DNA of 61,706 nucleotides from Candidatus Amesbacteria bacterium GW2011_GWC2_45_19 (GTDB taxonomy: Bacteria > Patescibacteriota > Microgenomatia > CAZETR01 > Amesbacteraceae): NCBI GenBank assembly GCA_001001555.1, contig LCKS01000001.1, forward strand, positions 18,360 to 80,065. The letters run 5' to 3'. This document shows, piece after piece, positions 45,828-54,132 of the stretch. How positions within the stretch are numbered: the stretch's first letter is position 1; every line of letters begins with the position of its first letter. The position numbers and the translations under genes are program-made. A model generated the notes under the pieces. That model worked only from the letters and a program-made list of their open reading frames with translations. It did not search any database and was not told the origin of the DNA.

Positions 45828-46927
45828 GAAAACTAATTTTCCTTCTCACTTTTGCTCTCTTGCTCTTCCACTCTCCGGCTTTTGTTTTTGCTGACGCTTG
45901 TATTTCCTTACCACTCGGTCAGGAAAGAGAAGACTGTTACCAAAAAATCTTAGATACCCTTGGCTCACAAGCTAATACGTTAGCTGGTCAAATTGCATTT
46001 TATGACACCCAGATAAAACTGGTTTTATCAAAAATAACTCAAACAGAAGGTCAAATAACATCCATCTCCTCCAAAATAGAATCATTGGAACAAAAGCTCC
46101 AAGACCGGTCACAGCTTTTAGAAAAACAAATTGTTCAAACATACAAAAAGGGCGGATTAGACCCTTTTGAAATCTTTTTTTCAGTCAATAACTTTTCAGA
46201 TTTGCTGTCCCAGGTTAAATATTTGCAAACTATCCAAGCCAGTAATCGTAAATTTCTCTATGACACCCAGACTGTTCAGACAAGTTACGCCCAGCAAAAA
46301 AAGTTGATAGAAGAATCTCGCAAACGTCTCCAGACCCAAAAAACTACCCTGGCCAATTTACGGGCCGATCGGGACAATCTTCTGCGCCAGACTAAGAATT
46401 CTGAAGCCATTTACCAAAAACTACTCGAACAAGCCCGGCTTGAATATGAGGTTATTCAAAAAGCGCTTATTGCTGGAAAAAAAGAGGGTCCAGTTAAAAA
46501 GGGTGATCCAATCGCAATTGTTGGTAATTCAGGATATTGGGCGCCTGATCCACGACTGGGTTGTTCTACGGGTAAACATTTACATTTTGAAGTCCGGGTG
46601 AACGACGATTGGGTCAACACCGAAACATATCTCAAAAACACGACCGACAAATGGGGGCTGAATATTGGCTCCGGCAATTGGGATTGGCCCATTAAGGGCA
46701 CAATTGGGATTACTCAACGCTACGGCAAAACCGATTACTCTTACGTGTATAAGTATAGCGGGGGGATTCATACCGGTATAGATATGGTTTCCAATCAAGA
46801 CGTAGTCTATGCTGTAGCCGACGGAACTCTATATTCTTATACCGGCAAATGCGGTCCGGCCGATCTGAACATCAAATATATCGACCACGGCTCCGGTCTC
46901 AAAACTCTCTACCTGCACGTCCAATAA
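45824..46927 (+). CDS. M23-family peptidase with an N-terminal coiled coil (EnvC/PcsB-like partner of FtsEX)
   Basis: Start moved to MRKLIFLLTF (ATGA overlap). Long coiled coil, then HLHFEV and GIHTGIDM..DHG..LYLHV LytM motifs. Confidence 0.8.
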   Translation: MRKLIFLLTFALLLFHSPAFVFADACISLPLGQEREDCYQKILDTLGSQANTLAGQIAFYDTQIKLVLSKITQTEGQITSISSKIESLEQKLQDRSQLLEKQIVQTYKKGGLDPFEIFFSVNNFSDLLSQVKYLQTIQASNRKFLYDTQTVQTSYAQQKKLIEESRKRLQTQKTTLANLRADRDNLLRQTKNSEAIYQKLLEQARLEYEVIQKALIAGKKEGPVKKGDPIAIVGNSGYWAPDPRLGCSTGKHLHFEVRVNDDWVNTETYLKNTTDKWGLNIGSGNWDWPIKGTIGITQRYGKTDYSYVYKYSGGIHTGIDMVSNQDVVYAVADGTLYSYTGKCGPADLNIKYIDHGSGLKTLYLHVQ

Positions 46928-46930
46928 TCT

Positions 46931-46959
46931 ATCATTAGCAAATAAAATGCGATCGCATT
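46931..46959. repeat. 29-nt repeat ending in the AATGCGATCGCATT dyad (copy 2)
   Basis: atcattagcaaataaaatgcgatcgcatt compared with 47557-47585 atctttagcaaataaaatgcggtcgcatt: 27 of 29 positions are identical. Confidence 0.65.
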
Positions 46960-46980
46960 AAATATGCTAAACTTTATTCA

Positions 46981-47550
46981 GTGAATGCAAAAAAAGTTCG
47001 GGCCGGGATTAAAGCTCTTTTATCAGCCCTGAATACAAATTTTGACTGGATGTTGATTCCTTCAAGATCAGGAACGGTCAGGCGCATGCACACGATTCAT
47101 TACACCAGCTTCGAAGCAGAATTCAGCAAATTCTATCCTAGCAGCGTTTACGGGGGAATGAACACTTTGCGCCGTAGCGGCCTGGTTGAATTTCGGGAAA
47201 CTCCCCAGGGAACCGAAGTCCGGATTACCGACGCGGGCCGGACGCAAGTTCTTAAATATCAGTTAAGTAACTTACAAATCGAGCCGCAGAAAAAATGGGA
47301 TAAAAAATGGCGGTTAATATTTTTTGATGTGGAGGAAATGAATAGATCCAAACGGAACCGTTTTCGGGAACTGCTTTTGGGATTAGGACTCAAGCCCCTG
47401 CAGCGCAGTGTTTTTGTTTACCCATATCCTTGTTACAATGAAATGAAGTTCATCCGTGAAGTTATAGGAGTTCCGCACGGAGTTAAATTAGTAACGGCCG
47501 AAGAAATAGAAAACGATGAGGAATTAAGGGTCATCTTTAAACTCGATTAA
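46981..47550 (+). CDS. PaaX-like / wHTH transcriptional regulator with a Cas2-fold-like C-terminal domain
   Basis: 189 aa, GTG start. LRRSGLVEFRETPQGTEVRITDAG (wHTH), and KKWRLIFFDVEEMNRSKRNRFRELLLGLGLKPLQRSVFVYP. Confidence 0.45.
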   Translation: MNAKKVRAGIKALLSALNTNFDWMLIPSRSGTVRRMHTIHYTSFEAEFSKFYPSSVYGGMNTLRRSGLVEFRETPQGTEVRITDAGRTQVLKYQLSNLQIEPQKKWDKKWRLIFFDVEEMNRSKRNRFRELLLGLGLKPLQRSVFVYPYPCYNEMKFIREVIGVPHGVKLVTAEEIENDEELRVIFKLD

Positions 47551-47556
47551 CCATTT

Positions 47557-47585
47557 ATCTTTAGCAAATAAAATGCGGTCGCATT
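47557..47585. repeat. 29-nt repeat ending in the AATGCGGTCGCATT dyad (copy 3)
   Basis: See 46931-46959. The two copies bracket the regulator gene at 46981-47550. Confidence 0.65.
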
Positions 47586-47617
47586 TTAATTGTCAATATT
47601 GTTATTAAACTAAAGGA

Positions 47618-48865
47618 ATGATAAAGTTTTACCAAATGAAGTGGTGGGGAATTGCATTACTGCCTTTCTTTTTTTGTCCACTTAAAATTTATGCCTCGAT
47701 TGGAATAAATGAGTTTCAGGTCGAACCCTCGGGATCAAGTCAATGGATTGAACTTTATAACTCTGGACCTGATTCACAAGATATATCAGGTTGGTTTATT
47801 GACGATGATGGAGGTACAACAAAGTTCACAATTCCCACAAATACAGTATTAACCCCCAATGCTTGTATGTCGTTTCAAAGTGGCAGCTTTTTTTGGAATA
47901 CTGCTTCGGGCGACAAAGCTAGGTTGTTGTCTGGTGACACTATAATTGATGAATACCAATATTCTAGTAGTCCTGGAAATAATGTATCGTTTGGTAGATT
48001 ACCTGACGGAACTGGTGGCTGGACCACTTTCAGTAATCCAAGTAGAGACAAATTAAATAATACTAACACCTCTTGTTTATCTTTACCTACACCCTCACCA
48101 TCTTCAACTCCATTATCAACTCCCTTGCAAACACCAGCTGTTTCCCCGACTCCAACACCCAATGATTACTCAAATTTATCCATTTCAGAATATCTGCCAT
48201 ATCCAGATAGTGGAAATGAATGGGTAGAAATCTATAATGGGAATGATTCTGAAGTGAATTTGTATGGTTGGTTTGTCGATGATGTTGCTGATGGTGGTAG
48301 TGCACCGATAGGCATTTCTGGAACAATCAGCGCCAAAACTTATAAGCAATTTTATTTGTCCGACTCATTTCTTAATAATAGTGGAGACGATGTTCGATTG
48401 TTGAATGGTAGTAAAATTGAAAAAAACAAAACATCATTTTCTGCATCAACTAAAGCGAAATCCTGGTCAAAAGATAGTTCAGGCAACTGGTGTCAAATTG
48501 ATCCAACACCCAATTCCTCCAATCCTAGTTGCCCAACACTCACATCTGCCCCTTCGCCTTCGGCTTCGACAGGCACAAACACCCCCAAACCCAGCCCTAC
48601 TCCAAAATCTAGCTCGACCCCCACCTCTACTCCAACAGCCAAACCCTCTCCCACGCCAAGCATATCACCCCCTACCCTCCCCCCTCTTACTTTAAGAGGG
48701 GGGACCGAGGAGAGTGATATTAAGGAGACTCCGACCGTTCTCTCTTCTTCCACCCAACGCAACATCAATTTCCCAGCCATCGCCCTGATCGCCGTCGGCG
48801 GGATTGTCTTTATCGCCTCCGTAGGCCTTATAATCAGAGGGTATGTCCATCCGCCGCCGGATTAA
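47618..48865 (+). CDS. surface protein with two lamin-tail domains, Pro/Ser/Thr linkers and a C-terminal TM anchor
   Basis: 415 aa. INEFQVEPSGSSQWIELYNSG..ISGWFIDDDGG and ISEYLPYPDSGNEWVEIYNGN..LYGWFVDDVADGG (LTD signature). PTPSPSSTP-type linkers. C-terminal hydrophobic helix. Confidence 0.7.
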   Translation: MIKFYQMKWWGIALLPFFFCPLKIYASIGINEFQVEPSGSSQWIELYNSGPDSQDISGWFIDDDGGTTKFTIPTNTVLTPNACMSFQSGSFFWNTASGDKARLLSGDTIIDEYQYSSSPGNNVSFGRLPDGTGGWTTFSNPSRDKLNNTNTSCLSLPTPSPSSTPLSTPLQTPAVSPTPTPNDYSNLSISEYLPYPDSGNEWVEIYNGNDSEVNLYGWFVDDVADGGSAPIGISGTISAKTYKQFYLSDSFLNNSGDDVRLLNGSKIEKNKTSFSASTKAKSWSKDSSGNWCQIDPTPNSSNPSCPTLTSAPSPSASTGTNTPKPSPTPKSSSTPTSTPTAKPSPTPSISPPTLPPLTLRGGTEESDIKETPTVLSSSTQRNINFPAIALIAVGGIVFIASVGLIIRGYVHPPPD

Positions 48866-49223
48866 ACATTGGCTACCCACTCTGGCCTGGGCAATTCTCA
48901 TTTTCTCCTTTTCCTCTCAACCCACGCTCACCGCCAACCAAGTTTACTGGCAGGACTTCGTTATCAAAAAATCTGCCCACCTCTTCGTTTACGCTGTCCT
49001 GGCGATACTAATTTACCGCTCGCTCAAACTTACCTCCCGCTTTTCCAAATTATACTTATTCCTTTTCACTTTAATTCTAGTAGTCTTATACGCCGTTTCT
49101 GATGAATTCCATCAAACTTTCAGTCTCGGTCGCACTCCCACCCTGCGCGATGTCTTCATTGACATCGCCGGGGGTTTGACAGGACTTATAGTAAAGACTA
49201 AAATCGGCTCCAGTGCCCCTTAA
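48843..49223 (+). CDS. VanZ-family membrane protein
   Basis: 126 aa. Four TM helices and an SDEFHQ motif. Confidence 0.7.
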   Translation: MSIRRRIKHWLPTLAWAILIFSFSSQPTLTANQVYWQDFVIKKSAHLFVYAVLAILIYRSLKLTSRFSKLYLFLFTLILVVLYAVSDEFHQTFSLGRTPTLRDVFIDIAGGLTGLIVKTKIGSSAP

Positions 49224-52200
49224 GAAGCTTTTCAGCTTCCTGCTCTCCTTCCTCCTTCTTTTCCAAGGCAATGCTTCCTATCTGGTAGCTTTTGCCCAAG
49301 AAGCCACCGAATCTGCTACCCAAACCGTTGTTGAACCAACTCCAACCCCCACCCCTTCGTCCACCCCTGCCCCCGAGCCGACTTTGGACCCCAATCTTAT
49401 TCCGATTCCTGTCCCCACCCCTATCCCTGAATGGCAGACAATTGATGGCGTGGACATCACTACTAGCCCGATCACTGAAGGTCACGCATATCGATTCCGG
49501 GACACAGCAGTCACGGTGACTTTTACCAAAGTCACTCAGTCCGCCCCTCTCAGAATAAAAGAAGTCCAAGTTGGTGACGCCACGGGCTACGACATTACTT
49601 CAGACATGCCCGACGGGAGTTTTATATACGACTTGACACTTCCTAACCCTAATCCAAACCAAGAAGCCAAGGTCCAGTATTCTGAAGACGGCCAAACTTA
49701 TCAAGAATTGCCAGCGGAAGAACAAAACAACATTTTTGTTATCAAGAATCTGGACCATTTCACTATTTTTATAGTCCGCCCAGATACTCCAACAGATGAT
49801 GGTTCGTCTACTACTAATGATTCTTCCGGAGGAACGGTCTGTGTGGTAGGTTCCGGCTCAAACAATTGTTACCAAACTATCCAAGCTGCTGTAGACGCTG
49901 CGTCCGCTGGTGACCAGATTAAAGTAGCGGATGGAACATATTCGGATCCAGTCTCCATCGATAAACCTGGACTGACCATTTCTTGTTCCGGTACCGGCGC
50001 GGAAATCAATACTAATGGAGACATAGGCCTTTCTCTTCTGCCTGGCGCGGACAACACTACCATTGAAAACTGTTTAATTACCGGAAATGGTGACGGCATC
50101 AATTTAAACGGCGTGACCGGAACCACTATCCGCAATAATTCCATTACCGACAATTCCTACGTTACTAGTGGCATTTACATCATCGACTCTTCAAGTGTCA
50201 CCATTTCCAACAACACCATTTCCAACAACCAGATGGGGATAGACATTACTGAAACAGAAGAGGGAAATTCGTCAGATATTGTCATCAGCGGCAATATTTT
50301 TGATTCCAACAGTGATTACAATATTTTTAACAACTCTGTCAGTGAGGTAACAGCTACCGGCAATGACTGGATGACTACTGACGGCTCAATTGTCAAAGAA
50401 TATATTTACGATTACCTAGACGACGAATTTCTGGGCTTAGTTTCCTACGACACTACCGACCCAGTTGCCAACGCGGGACCTGACGTAGTAACTGGTTTGG
50501 AATTTGTCCAAGACGGATCGGGAAGCAGTGACGAGTACAAAATCGACACTTACTCCTGGTCCCAAACCTCCGGTCCCGGGACTGTCATTTTCGGATCGCC
50601 CGACTCCGATTCCACAACAATCTCAGCGGATATTGACGGTGATTACACCATTGAGTTAATAGTCACCGATTATCAGGGTAATTCCAACACTGATGAGTTT
50701 TTGCTAACATGGGACACAACCGCTCCGGTTTTAGCTGAAGTAACCCCTGTTTCTACGCCTACTAATAACCCCACCCCCGGCTATACGTTCAATTCCGATG
50801 AAAGCGGAAGTATTTCATATGGGGGATCCTGTTCCAGCGTTACAAGCTCTGCGGCCGCGGTAGATAATACGATAACATTCAACTTCCTGCCAGACGGGAC
50901 ATATTCAGACTGTACGATAACAGTTACTGATTCGGCTGGAAATCCAAGTGATCCTTTAAGCGTGAGTACTTTCACTGTTGATACTCAAGATCCTGTTTCT
51001 TCATTTAGTTCTCCTGCCGATGGCAGTTTTTGGAACGAGCCAATTGAAATTTCCGGAAGTTCGACTGATGTCCCAGATACAACTGTTGATTACGTTACTT
51101 TATCTTATTCCATCTCAGGAGAAGATGATTGGTATGAGATAACTGAAATCACAAACGACTCTTTAGACGAGCCTTTTAACTGGAATTATAATTGGGAGCC
51201 GGAAGATGGTGAGGACATCTACGATATCATGGCTGAGGCTACCGATACGGCGGGAAATACTGAATCAAGTCCAGTTGTGGAGGAAGTGACCTATGACGTT
51301 ACGGGGCCTTCCGTAACCGATATATCAATTTCTCCTGATCCTACCAATCATGCTCCATCAATCCTGGCATTGGCAGAAGATTTTTTGAGTATAATCGCTT
51401 CGGCGATTTTCCAAGTCGACGATTCGGACTTTAGCGATCCGTTGCCGCTCTCTGCCTTCGACGGTGACTTTGATTCTCTCTCTGAATATTTTTTTGCCGA
51501 CGAATATAACGGCATGCCTTATCCTGGTGAAGGACTTCATACCTTATATGTTGGAGCATATGATTTTGCGGGAAATTTCGGTTTTAACTTTGCCTCTTTT
51601 ACAGTAGACACATTCTCTCCGGAATCTTCTTTTAGTTCACCTGCAGAAGGAAGTATTTGGAGCTCATCAATCGATATATCAGGCTCATCCAACGATGAGA
51701 CAGAGGATACTGTTGATTATGTTCAACTTTTCTATAGAGAATCAGTAGGAGAGGATGAAGAAGAAAATGAATGGACAGAAATTGATACCGATTTCGAGAA
51801 TGGAGGTACGCAGCCCTTACAAAATACAGGAGGCGGCAATCCTTTTGAATGGAACTTTGATTGGACTCCTTCAAGCGATGGAACTTTTGACATAAAAGCT
51901 GAAGCGACTGATACGGCAGGCAACACCGAAACGAGTCCGGTGGTAGAAAACATAACGTATGATACTACCGCACCTACAACGCCAGTCGCCGACCCAGCGG
52001 CAGGTGATTATATGAGTGACCAATCGGTGACTTTGGCTAGTTCCGACAGCTTGAGCGGTGTGGATAAGATTTACTACACGACGGACGGCTCCACGCCGGA
52101 CAAGACTAAAACGGAATACACCGGTACCCCAATCACGGTAGACAAAGACATGACAATTAAAGCCATTGCCTACGACAAGGCCGGTAACGCTAGCGATGTT

Positions 52201-53082
52201 TTGGAAGCAGTTTATGGAATTGCGCCAAAAATATCAGCAGAAGCTTCCTCAGAGGTAACGTCAACATCTACAACCATCACTTGGACCACAGATGATCCTT
52301 CGACGTCTCGCGTGATTTATGATATGGTATCACACGGAGAACTTGGAGCCGCACCAAATTATGGTTACGCAAATTCGACAGTAGAGGATTCAACGAAAGT
52401 TACGGCCCACAGCGTAGATATAACCGGGCTGACAGCGGGGACCACTTATTATTACAGAACCATTTCCCACGGATCGCCGGAAGCGGTTAGTGAAGAAAAG
52501 AGCGTTACAACTACCTCCTCTTCCTCTTCTTCCAGTTCCAGCAGTAGTGGAGGAAGCGGAACGTCAGCAGCCAGCGCTCCTTCCTGCAACGATACCAAGC
52601 CTGGTAGCGCTCCGGTTCTTCTGTCTGCTGTCTCTGCAGGAGCCAATAGCGTCACCTTAACTTGGTCCAAGGCAACCAGCCCGGTGACCTATTATTTAAT
52701 AGCTTACGGCTTGGGAACGGGTCAGCAACAGTACGGAAATCCGAATGCGGGTGATTCTAATACCACGTCTTATACAGTTTCCGGCTTATCCGGAGGAACA
52801 ACGTATTACTTTAAAGTCAGGGCCGGTAATGGTTGCGCTCCTGGAGAATTCTCAAATGAGCTGTCGGTCAGACCTACCGGCGGTGTAGTTACCGCCGTTC
52901 CAGAGGGCTTTGCGGTAGGGGTTTTGGGAGAAAGTATTGAAGAAGTAAAAACCGTTGAACCTACCCCCTCTCCGGGAATCAAAGGGATTAGCACCCCCAA
53001 CTTCAATTGGTGGCTGATCATCATCCCCACCGCACTTTTGGGTCTCCTTATCTCTGGACTTCTGCTCCGACGTCGCACATAA
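49213..53082 (+). CDS. giant (1289 aa) surface protein: signal peptide, right-handed beta-helix, PKD/Ig-like modules, FN3 modules, poly-Ser linker, C-terminal TM plus RRRT tail
   Basis: Parallel beta-helix repeats (NTTIENCLITGNGDGINLNG..IRNNSITDN..ISNNTISNNQMGIDI). Two tandem Ig-like modules ending ..EATDTAGNTE(S/T)SPVVE. FN3 modules (TTYYYRT.., TTYYFKVRAGNGCAPGEFSNE). Tail WWLIIIPTALLGLLISGLLLRRRT. Confidence 0.75.
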   Translation: MPLKKLFSFLLSFLLLFQGNASYLVAFAQEATESATQTVVEPTPTPTPSSTPAPEPTLDPNLIPIPVPTPIPEWQTIDGVDITTSPITEGHAYRFRDTAVTVTFTKVTQSAPLRIKEVQVGDATGYDITSDMPDGSFIYDLTLPNPNPNQEAKVQYSEDGQTYQELPAEEQNNIFVIKNLDHFTIFIVRPDTPTDDGSSTTNDSSGGTVCVVGSGSNNCYQTIQAAVDAASAGDQIKVADGTYSDPVSIDKPGLTISCSGTGAEINTNGDIGLSLLPGADNTTIENCLITGNGDGINLNGVTGTTIRNNSITDNSYVTSGIYIIDSSSVTISNNTISNNQMGIDITETEEGNSSDIVISGNIFDSNSDYNIFNNSVSEVTATGNDWMTTDGSIVKEYIYDYLDDEFLGLVSYDTTDPVANAGPDVVTGLEFVQDGSGSSDEYKIDTYSWSQTSGPGTVIFGSPDSDSTTISADIDGDYTIELIVTDYQGNSNTDEFLLTWDTTAPVLAEVTPVSTPTNNPTPGYTFNSDESGSISYGGSCSSVTSSAAAVDNTITFNFLPDGTYSDCTITVTDSAGNPSDPLSVSTFTVDTQDPVSSFSSPADGSFWNEPIEISGSSTDVPDTTVDYVTLSYSISGEDDWYEITEITNDSLDEPFNWNYNWEPEDGEDIYDIMAEATDTAGNTESSPVVEEVTYDVTGPSVTDISISPDPTNHAPSILALAEDFLSIIASAIFQVDDSDFSDPLPLSAFDGDFDSLSEYFFADEYNGMPYPGEGLHTLYVGAYDFAGNFGFNFASFTVDTFSPESSFSSPAEGSIWSSSIDISGSSNDETEDTVDYVQLFYRESVGEDEEENEWTEIDTDFENGGTQPLQNTGGGNPFEWNFDWTPSSDGTFDIKAEATDTAGNTETSPVVENITYDTTAPTTPVADPAAGDYMSDQSVTLASSDSLSGVDKIYYTTDGSTPDKTKTEYTGTPITVDKDMTIKAIAYDKAGNASDVLEAVYGIAPKISAEASSEVTSTSTTITWTTDDPSTSRVIYDMVSHGELGAAPNYGYANSTVEDSTKVTAHSVDITGLTAGTTYYYRTISHGSPEAVSEEKSVTTTSSSSSSSSSSSGGSGTSAASAPSCNDTKPGSAPVLLSAVSAGANSVTLTWSKATSPVTYYLIAYGLGTGQQQYGNPNAGDSNTTSYTVSGLSGGTTYYFKVRAGNGCAPGEFSNELSVRPTGGVVTAVPEGFAVGVLGESIEEVKTVEPTPSPGIKGISTPNFNWWLIIIPTALLGLLISGLLLRRRT

Positions 53083-53091
53083 TAATCCTTG

Positions 53092-53271
53092 ATGTGGAAA
53101 TTCCTGCGCCATCTGTTTTTTCCTCACGAATCCAATAATCAGCGGGCCAAAATCTTGCATCCCTCCGGCCTGGCTTTAATAATCGGTATCTTCGTCGTCT
53201 TCCAACTAACCATTTTCTGTCCGGGTTCAGGGCAGATAAGGGGCAGCTTCACTTTTGGTAGGGTAATGTAG
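53092..53271 (+). pseudogene. displaced 5' fragment of a CAP-domain gene (paralogous to the start of 60644-61495)
   Basis: MWKFLRHLFFPHESNNQRAKILHPSGLALIIGIFVVFQLTI compares with MLKFLRHLFFPHDSNNQRAKFLHPSSLVVTIGLFIVFQVTINQLTI. It then diverges and stops. Confidence 0.7.
53098..53213 (+). repeat. left copy of a diverged direct repeat bracketing the island
   Basis: aaattcctgcgccatctgttttttcctcacgaatccaataatcagcgggccaa...tcttccaactaaccat aligns with 60650-60780. I count roughly four-fifths identity by eye. The right copy carries a 12-nt internal duplication. Confidence 0.75.
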
Positions 53272-53289
53272 TATAATCCCATAGTTAAT

Positions 53290-53313
53290 TAGCCCAAGAT
53301 GGGCTAGTTTTTT
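53290..53313 (+). promoter_or_regulatory. leader hairpin plus U-run directly before the ATG at 53317
   Basis: TATAAT at 53272-53277, then TAGCCCA-aga-TGGGCTA (53290-53306), GTTTTTT, act, ATG. No Shine-Dalgarno. Confidence 0.45.
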
Positions 53314-53316
53314 ACT

Positions 53317-54132
53317 ATGGGCAGAAAATTTTTTATTACATTTGTATTATTGCTTTTATCCTTTTTCCTCGCTCCACGACCGATATATGCTGTTAGCACT
53401 GAAACTTGTGAAGACAACAGTCCCACAGGCAAGCCGGTGCTCACTTCAGCCGTACCAGGAAAAGATAGTGTCACACTAACCTGGACAGAAGCTCAAGATC
53501 CAGTAACCCATTATCTTATTGCTTATGGTAGATCAGAAACAGAAATAGAGTATGGTAATCCGAATGTAGGAGGAAGAAGAACCACTACCTATACAGTTGG
53601 CGAGCTCACAAAAGGAGTGAAATATTATTTTAAGGTACGTCCTATAAACGGTTGTAGACCAGGTGATTTTTCAAATAAACTTCCTGCAACTCCCGGTGTT
53701 ATTGTTAAATCTGGTGTTACTAGGGGAAGAGTTGCAAATATACCCAATTTATCAATTTATAAACCAGTACTTGGAGCAAGTGTATCAGCAACATCTTCAG
53801 CAAAGGTGGAGGTAAAAACACTAGCTCCTTCAGCTATAACCGTCGCCAAATGTACAATGTGTATAAGTTGGCAATTATTAATTACAGAAGCAATACTTTT
53901 GATCTTGTTTTTCTATCTTGCAGAGAAAAATACTTTCTTAAAGCCAATTTTTTCCATAGCGATTCCAACCGTAATATATATTTTGTTTTGGGAGATTAAC
54001 CAAGCATGTCCGCAAAATGGATTTGCCTGTAAATATTTCCTTCCACTTGAAGTAATCATCTTTATAGTTATTGAAATTGCTTACAAAAACATAAGCTATA
54101 AAACAAAGGAAAGAAAGAATAACTTATGTTGA
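53317..54132 (+). CDS. signal-peptide FN3-module protein with a multi-TM C-terminal region
   Basis: 271 aa. The FN3 module CEDNSPTGKPVL..VTLTW..HYLIAYG..YYFKVRPINGCRPGDFSN is paralogous to modules at about 52576-52880 and about 59676-59960. The C-terminal half has 2-3 TM helices. It overlaps the synthase start. Confidence 0.65.
   Translation: MGRKFFITFVLLLLSFFLAPRPIYAVSTETCEDNSPTGKPVLTSAVPGKDSVTLTWTEAQDPVTHYLIAYGRSETEIEYGNPNVGGRRTTTYTVGELTKGVKYYFKVRPINGCRPGDFSNKLPATPGVIVKSGVTRGRVANIPNLSIYKPVLGASVSATSSAKVEVKTLAPSAITVAKCTMCISWQLLITEAILLILFFYLAEKNTFLKPIFSIAIPTVIYILFWEINQACPQNGFACKYFLPLEVIIFIVIEIAYKNISYKTKERKNNLC

Noticed and set aside
46946-46959. GCGATCGC core equals the cyanobacterial HIP1 palindrome.
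   Set aside because: Only one of the three copies has this exact core (the others have GCGGTCGC), and nothing else in the window suggests cyanobacteria. I treat it as coincidence.
48087-48780. Pro/Thr/Ser-coding repetitive DNA in the LTD gene as a possible CRISPR-like or tandem-repeat array.
   Set aside because: There are no regularly spaced identical repeats. The sequence is in frame and encodes PT/PS linker segments.
52513-52550. tcc/tct/agt-rich run resembling a microsatellite.
   Set aside because: It is in frame within the giant protein and encodes a poly-Ser linker (SSSSSSSSSSSGGSG) between domains. It is not a non-coding repeat.
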